Origin: Vulcanimicrobiota bacterium
GTDB lineage: Bacteria > Vulcanimicrobiota > Vulcanimicrobiia > Vulcanimicrobiales > Vulcanimicrobiaceae
Assembly (NCBI GenBank): GCA_963795855.1
Contig: CAWCIZ010000001.1
Span: forward strand, 480,001 to 544,000
Length of the DNA stretch: 64,000 nucleotides
Direction: 5' to 3'
The notes under the pieces were generated by a model. That model saw only the letters and a list, made by a program, of their open reading frames with translations. It did no database searches and was not told the origin of the DNA. The number at the start of each line of letters is the position of its first letter. The stretch's first letter is position 1. Below, in pieces: positions 59,258 to 64,000 of this stretch. The translations under genes and the position numbers were made by a program.

Positions 59258-59752
59258 CTACGGCGTGGCCGAGCTTTGCGGTTCGAACATCGGCCGCTGG
59301 GACGGCGATCCGATGGGAGTCGGAGTCGTATAATAAGGCGTCGGCATCGGCTGGTTCGTGGCATGCACCATCGGCTGATAAACGCCCGTGCCCGGAGGCG
59401 CGGTGTAGGTTGTGTAAATTGGGCGCCACTGCGTCGACCCGGCCTGATCGTGTTCGACATGCACGTCTTGCCACTGGTCAGGCTGCGCACTCCCATCGGG
59501 TGAGGGACTCGCTTCAGCCACCCCTGCCGCGGGCGTCGCAGTGCAATTTGGATCCGGCGACGGCGTCGACGAGAAGGTGTCGAGCGCGGGCGCGGGGGTT
59601 GGGCAGTTCGGCTGCACGCCCATCACGCGCGTGTGCGTACCGTTCACGCGCCAGCCGCCCGCGGAACCCGTGTCGTTACCCGAACCGCCTCCGCACGCTG
59701 CCAGCGACGCCGTTAGACAGAGCGCCGCGGCCGCGCCCGAAAGTCTTCGCAC
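59258..59752 (-). CDS. hypothetical Pro/Thr-rich lipoprotein
   Basis: Lipobox LAAC followed by GGGSG. Confidence 0.65.
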   Translation of the reverse strand: MRRLSGAAAALCLTASLAACGGGSGNDTGSAGGWRVNGTHTRVMGVQPNCPTPAPALDTFSSTPSPDPNCTATPAAGVAEASPSPDGSAQPDQWQDVHVEHDQAGSTQWRPIYTTYTAPPGTGVYQPMVHATNQPMPTPYYTTPTPIGSPSQRPMFEPQSSATP

Positions 59753-59818
59753 TCGACAAGTGTATCGGGAAACGGGAAACGTTCCCCACCGACCGAAGGC
59801 CCTGAGCCATTAGTCCAT

Positions 59819-61000
59819 ATGACCGCACTCGCTTCGATTAGCCGCGCGCAGGCTCGGCGGATAGCGCTCGCGGCGCAGCGCTTTTCGTCGCGCGTGCCGG
59901 AAACGATCTCGCCGGCACGTTTGCGCCGCCTCATTGGTGACCTAGGTGCCATACAAATCGATTCCGTGAACGTGCTCGTACGTTCGCAGTATCTTCCGGC
60001 GTTCTCGCGTTTCGGTGCTTACGATCGTGCCCTGTTCGAGAGCGTTGCGTACAAGCGTCCGCGGCGGGTTTTCGAGTATTGGGGACACGAAGCGTCGTAC
60101 TTGCCGGTCGAAACGTTTCCGCTGATGCGATGGCGCATGGAGCGTTCGCGCGCGGGCACGGGAGTTTGGAAAAACGTCGCGCGCGTCGGCCGGGAACGGC
60201 GAGATCTCGTCGCGCAAGTGCGTGAAACGATCGCGGAGCGCGGTCCCATGTGCGCATCGGATTTCGAAACGCCGGCCGATGCGCGCAAAGCGGGACGCAG
60301 CGGCGGCTGGTGGAGCTGGGACGACACCAAGCGCGCGGTGGAGTACTTGTTTTGGTGCGGCGAAATTACGCCGGTAAAACGCCGCAGCAGTTTCGAACGC
60401 GAATACGATTTGACCGAGCGCGTCATTCAGCGGGACATTTACGATGCGCGAGTCGACGACGATTGCGCGCAGGCACGCTTGATGGAGATCGCGGCGCGCG
60501 CATGCGGCGTCGCCGTCGAAGCGGACTTGCGCGACTATTTCCGCTTGCCCGTCGCCGCGTCGAAAGCGGCGATAGCACAACTGATCGAACGCGGACGTCT
60601 GATTCCGGTAAACGTTGAAGGCTGGCGGCAGCAGGCATATCTGCACGCGGAGGCGCGAGTTCCGCGTGCCGTCGAAATCAGCGCGCTGCTCTCGCCGTTC
60701 GACTCGCTTGTTTGGAATCGTGACCGCGCGAAGCGCCTATTCGACTTTCACTATCGGATTGAAATCTACACGCCGGTGCACAAGCGGGTGCATGGGTACT
60801 ACGTTTTGCCGTATCTGCTCGATGAGGCGATCGCCGCTCGAGTTGATTTGAAGGCCGATAGGCGCGGCGGCACGTTGATGGTGCATGCGGTTCATTACGA
60901 ACCGCATGCGGATCGGCGAAAGGTGCGAGCGCGGCTGGTTGAGGATCTGGAAAAGATGAGGGGCTGGCTCGAACTCGATCGGGTGAAGATGCCGCGCTAG
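59819..61000 (+). CDS. YcaQ/AlkZ-like winged-helix DNA crosslink repair glycosylase
   Basis: IQIDSVNV, FEYWGHEAS, LLSPFDSL, YRIEIYTP..GYYVLP. Confidence 0.9.
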   Translation: MTALASISRAQARRIALAAQRFSSRVPETISPARLRRLIGDLGAIQIDSVNVLVRSQYLPAFSRFGAYDRALFESVAYKRPRRVFEYWGHEASYLPVETFPLMRWRMERSRAGTGVWKNVARVGRERRDLVAQVRETIAERGPMCASDFETPADARKAGRSGGWWSWDDTKRAVEYLFWCGEITPVKRRSSFEREYDLTERVIQRDIYDARVDDDCAQARLMEIAARACGVAVEADLRDYFRLPVAASKAAIAQLIERGRLIPVNVEGWRQQAYLHAEARVPRAVEISALLSPFDSLVWNRDRAKRLFDFHYRIEIYTPVHKRVHGYYVLPYLLDEAIAARVDLKADRRGGTLMVHAVHYEPHADRRKVRARLVEDLEKMRGWLELDRVKMPR

Positions 61001-61116
61001 GTGCTCATCCGGGGGCCCCAACCGGCGAAGATTACCGCTGGGCTAGCGGGCTGGAGGGCTACGGTCGGACGCCGGATTTCGGCTGGAGCCGGGGCGGAAA
61101 AGGGCTTGAATCGCAT
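60997..61116 (-). CDS. candidate 39-aa small protein
   Basis: GAGGAGA RBS, ATG at 61116, TAG at 60997; promoter directly upstream. Confidence 0.5.
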   Translation of the reverse strand: MRFKPFSAPAPAEIRRPTVALQPASPAVIFAGWGPRMST

Positions 61117-61144
61117 GGGTTCTCCTCGCTCGGGGACTGGCTAC

Positions 61145-61202
61145 AACTAATTTACTAGTAGTCTACGCCAATGTTTCAGCGAGGTCAACTAAAAAAATAG
61201 TT
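61145..61202 (-). promoter_or_regulatory. sigma70 promoter flanked by two palindromic operator-like sites
   Basis: TTGACC-17 nt-TAGACT on minus strand; AACTA-N6-TAGT(T/A) at 61145 and 61187. Confidence 0.65.
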
Positions 61203-61271
61203 AGAACCAGCTCCGGCCTCTCCGGGGCCGGCCTACCCGCCGGGCCGGCGCCCTAAGGGATGCGAGATTCC

Positions 61272-61880
61272 CTAGTTCATCTGCGTCGCGTAGAATACGC
61301 CGTTCTGCCAGTAACCGTATGCGGTCACGTAACGGCCCGTTTCCACCCGGCCGGACGTGCGGTTGTCCAGCGCCGGCTGATCGTCGATCGTAATCGTTTG
61401 GCCGTAACCGTTGTTGTAACCGCCGTTGTTGTAACCGCCGTTGTTGTAGCCGCCGTTGTTGTAGCCGCCGTTGTTATAGCCGCCGTTGTTATAGCCGCCG
61501 TTTTGCCGGCGGATCGTCACTTGATTGCCGTTGACTGCAACGATCTGCCCGGTAATGACGGAATTTCCGCGCGCCTGACCGGCGCAATTGCCGTAACCAC
61601 CGTACTGACCGTTTTGTCCGTACTGGCGGTTTTGACCGTACTGACCGTTTTGCCCGTATTGTCCGTATCCGCCGTTGTTGTAGCGGCCGTTATCGTCGTT
61701 GTCGCTATCGTTGTCGCCGCGCTGGCGGCCGTACTGCCCCGGAGCGCACTGGTTGTTCTGCCGGCGATTTTGATGGTGATGTCCGTACTGATGTCCGGAA
61801 TTCTCTTGCGCGCCTGCGACGCTCCATGCGGAAGCGGCCGTCATGAGAGCGGCAAGCAGCGTTACTCCGACCTTGTTCAT
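61272..61880 (-). CDS. secreted G/N/Q/Y-rich repeat protein
   Basis: Signal peptide ending AGA-Q; GQYGQN and GGYNN repeats. Confidence 0.8.
   Translation of the reverse strand: MNKVGVTLLAALMTAASAWSVAGAQENSGHQYGHHHQNRRQNNQCAPGQYGRQRGDNDSDNDDNGRYNNGGYGQYGQNGQYGQNRQYGQNGQYGGYGNCAGQARGNSVITGQIVAVNGNQVTIRRQNGGYNNGGYNNGGYNNGGYNNGGYNNGGYNNGYGQTITIDDQPALDNRTSGRVETGRYVTAYGYWQNGVFYATQMN
61407..61500. repeat. 15-bp coding tandem repeat (GGYNN x6)
   Basis: CCGCCGTTGTT(G/A)TA(A/G) units with synonymous variation. Confidence 0.9.
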
Positions 61881-62022
61881 GTGAGGCACCCCTTTCGGTG
61901 CTCGGATAACGTCGCCGCGGAACGGCGCAGTTCCGAGAATTTCCTGAGAAAGGCTGGTCACATCGTTCGAGGGCGCGCGCGTTATGTGCGCATGCGGTAC
62001 CCAAGCGCTTGTCGAGCACGTC

Positions 62023-62519
62023 ATGATTGCGCCGCCTGCGCCGGCGCAAACGCCCCAAATCGCGCGGACCGGCACGCTGAGCCTGTACGTTCAGAACGTC
62101 GACAGGGCCATAAGCGACTTGTCGCGCGCCGCGCGAACCAACGGCGGCGACGTGTTTTCCTCGAACGTCGAGAACGGCGATTCGTCGTGACGGGCGACAT
62201 CACGGATTCGGATGCGCGGCTACGCAATCTGCGTCAAACCGAAGCGGACATTCGCCGCATCATGGACCGGTCCGGCAATATTTCGCAAATAATGGATGCG
62301 GAGAACCAGCTTTCGCGCGTGCGCGAGGAAATCGAAACGCTCGAGTCGGACATCAAGTGGATGCGCGGTCGCGTTGCGTACGCCAACATCTTTGTGAACC
62401 TCGCGGCAGAAGCGACGAACCCGGCGGTGCAGCCGACGGCGGCATCCCAACTCACGCGGCGCGCTCGTCTGGTTTGCTTCCACACGGCGACGCCGCCCGC
62501 CGCAGTAATCGTGCCGTGA
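62023..62519 (+). pseudogene. DUF4349-like gene fragment, broken near 62190
   Basis: QIARTGTLSLYV..GGDVFSS stops, resumes in another frame at VTGDITDSDARLRNLR..EEIETLE; intervening segment seems missing. Confidence 0.65.
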
Positions 62520-63352
62520 ACCAAGCGGAAAAAGGCGCGCGCTTTCGAGCGCTGCACGAGCGCGCGGGCGCGTTCGTCATCCCAAATCCGTGGGATGCGG
62601 GCACGGCGCGAATACTGACGGAGTTGGGCTTCGAAGCGCTTACGACGACGAGCGCCGGATTGGCGTTTTCGCTCGGCCGGCGCGACGGCTTCGGGCTCGT
62701 GACGCGGCACGAAACGCTTGCAAATGCGAAGGCGATCGTCGAGGCGACGGAGTTGCCCGTCGCTGCCGATTTGGAAAACGGTTTCGGCGACGAACCCGAG
62801 GCAGTTGCCGAAACGGTGCGTCTTGCAGCCGAAGTTGGCTTGGTAGGCGCATCGATCGAAGACACGACGGGCCACCCCTCGCGGCCGATTTACGCATTCA
62901 ATCATTCCGTCGAGCGAATCGCGGCGGCGGCAGAAGCCGCGCGTGCGCTGCCCGTTCCGTTCGTGCTGGTCGCCCGCGCGGAAAACTTTCTGCACGGACG
63001 GCGCGATCTCGACGATACGATTTGCCGGCTGCAAGCCTTTGAGCGGGCCGGCGCCGACGCGTTGTACGCACCGGGTCTGACGAACGCCGAACACATTCGA
63101 ACCGTCTGCCAAAGCGTCAGCAAACCGGTGAACGCGATTGTGGGCCTGCGCGGCGCTGCGTTTTCAGTGGAGGAACTCGCAGCACTCGGCGTACGGAGAA
63201 TCAGCGTCGGGTCCGCTCTGAGCCGAGCGGCCTTGGGCGCGTTCGTTCGTGCTGCGCGCGAGATGCGCGACCGCGGCACGTTCGAGTTCGCACTCGATGC
63301 GATTCCGTACGCCGATGCGCAGGAGTTGTTTCTACGGCCACCCCTTCATTGA
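62516..63352 (+). CDS. isocitrate lyase/PEP mutase family protein
   Basis: PNPWDAGTA, TTSAG, ADLENGFG, SIED, GVRRISVGS. Confidence 0.92.
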   Translation: MNQAEKGARFRALHERAGAFVIPNPWDAGTARILTELGFEALTTTSAGLAFSLGRRDGFGLVTRHETLANAKAIVEATELPVAADLENGFGDEPEAVAETVRLAAEVGLVGASIEDTTGHPSRPIYAFNHSVERIAAAAEAARALPVPFVLVARAENFLHGRRDLDDTICRLQAFERAGADALYAPGLTNAEHIRTVCQSVSKPVNAIVGLRGAAFSVEELAALGVRRISVGSALSRAALGAFVRAAREMRDRGTFEFALDAIPYADAQELFLRPPLH

Positions 63353-64000
63353 GGTTGCGAACGGCGGCAGTTTGAACGTCGCAGTGCACTTGTCGACGTC
63401 CAATCCCTTCGCGGAGCGTTGCCGGATGAATTGCAGCATGATCGCGTTGGTGCAAGCGGTGTCTGCTCCGTGACCGCCGCCTTTCACGAGCACCGCCTTG
63501 CCGTTCGGGAGGTAGCGCAGCGCCCGTTCTCCGTATTGCGGAGGCGTAGCGGGGTCGTCCGAGCCCAGAATCATCAGCACCGGCGCGGTGCTTCGAACGG
63601 CATCGTTGAAGGCGCGCGGCATCGCCGGCACGTTCCACGTCGCGCACGCCTGCCGCTGCGCCCGAATTCGCAAGTCGCCGGCGAACGAGTGCGCCCTGGC
63701 GTTGGCGACGTCGGCGGGCGAAAGAAACGGCATCCAATCCGCGCAGGTGTACGAGAGAAACGCGCCCATGTTGAGATCGCCGGCGAAGCCGAGCGAGACG
63801 GTTTGAATCATGTTTCCGAGCGGCGCGTAATCGCTGCGATACGCGCGCTCGATGATGTACGGTAAAAAGGCCGACGCGATCGGGACGTACAGCACATGCC
63901 GAACTTGATCGACGAAGACTTCCTTCGAAAGCGTTACCATTTGCGGGCGTTTCGTGACCGGATTTTGGACCGGTACGCGAAGCCCGGCGCCCACCCGCCG
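63332..64000 (-). CDS. alpha/beta hydrolase (TAP-like C-terminal domain), 5' end outside window
   Basis: PVLMILGSDDPATP, GGGHG, C-terminal Cys pattern. Confidence 0.8.
   Translation of the reverse strand, partial: RRVGAGLRVPVQNPVTKRPQMVTLSKEVFVDQVRHVLYVPIASAFLPYIIERAYRSDYAPLGNMIQTVSLGFAGDLNMGAFLSYTCADWMPFLSPADVANARAHSFAGDLRIRAQRQACATWNVPAMPRAFNDAVRSTAPVLMILGSDDPATPPQYGERALRYLPNGKAVLVKGGGHGADTACTNAIMLQFIRQRSAKGLDVDKCTATFKLPPFATSMKGWP

Noticed and set aside
61011..61020. GGGGGCCCCA as another copy of the dispersed element
   Set aside because: Only the first 10 nt match; neither hairpin nor the TTAAA tail follows

Overview
High-GC bacterial chromosome segment, mostly housekeeping. Gene style and content suggest a soil lineage such as Ca. 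Eremiobacterota/Vulcanimicrobiota, but this is an inference I cannot confirm. Core blocks: corC-cdd-recO-ruvX-mltG; a tRNA cluster around tadA; aroA; cystathionine beta-synthase and gamma-lyase; rapZ-yvcK; rnpB with tRNAs; yceD-rpmF-fabH-fabD-fabG-acpP-ffh-rpsP-khpA-rimM; then many hydrolases and transporters. About a dozen single-base frameshifts in otherwise intact genes suggest uncorrected indel errors, so fusions and pseudogene calls need caution. No integrase, transposase, CRISPR array or rRNA was seen. Most notable: (1) a dispersed two-hairpin repeat with compensatory base changes, found in tandem arrays abutting two start codons and inside helix P12 of RNase P RNA, always in the sense orientation; (2) a four-gene unit of a lytic transglycosylase plus three small proteins linked by a chain of shared sequence modules, possibly a secretion or filament system; (3) a one-gene islet flanked by a duplication of the rnpB 3' end; (4) an APC permease-GH35 glycosidase fusion and an MFS-acyltransferase fusion; (5) non-canonical tRNAs, one overlapping tadA; (6) an unannotated 39-aa ORF with its own promoter and paired palindromic operators.
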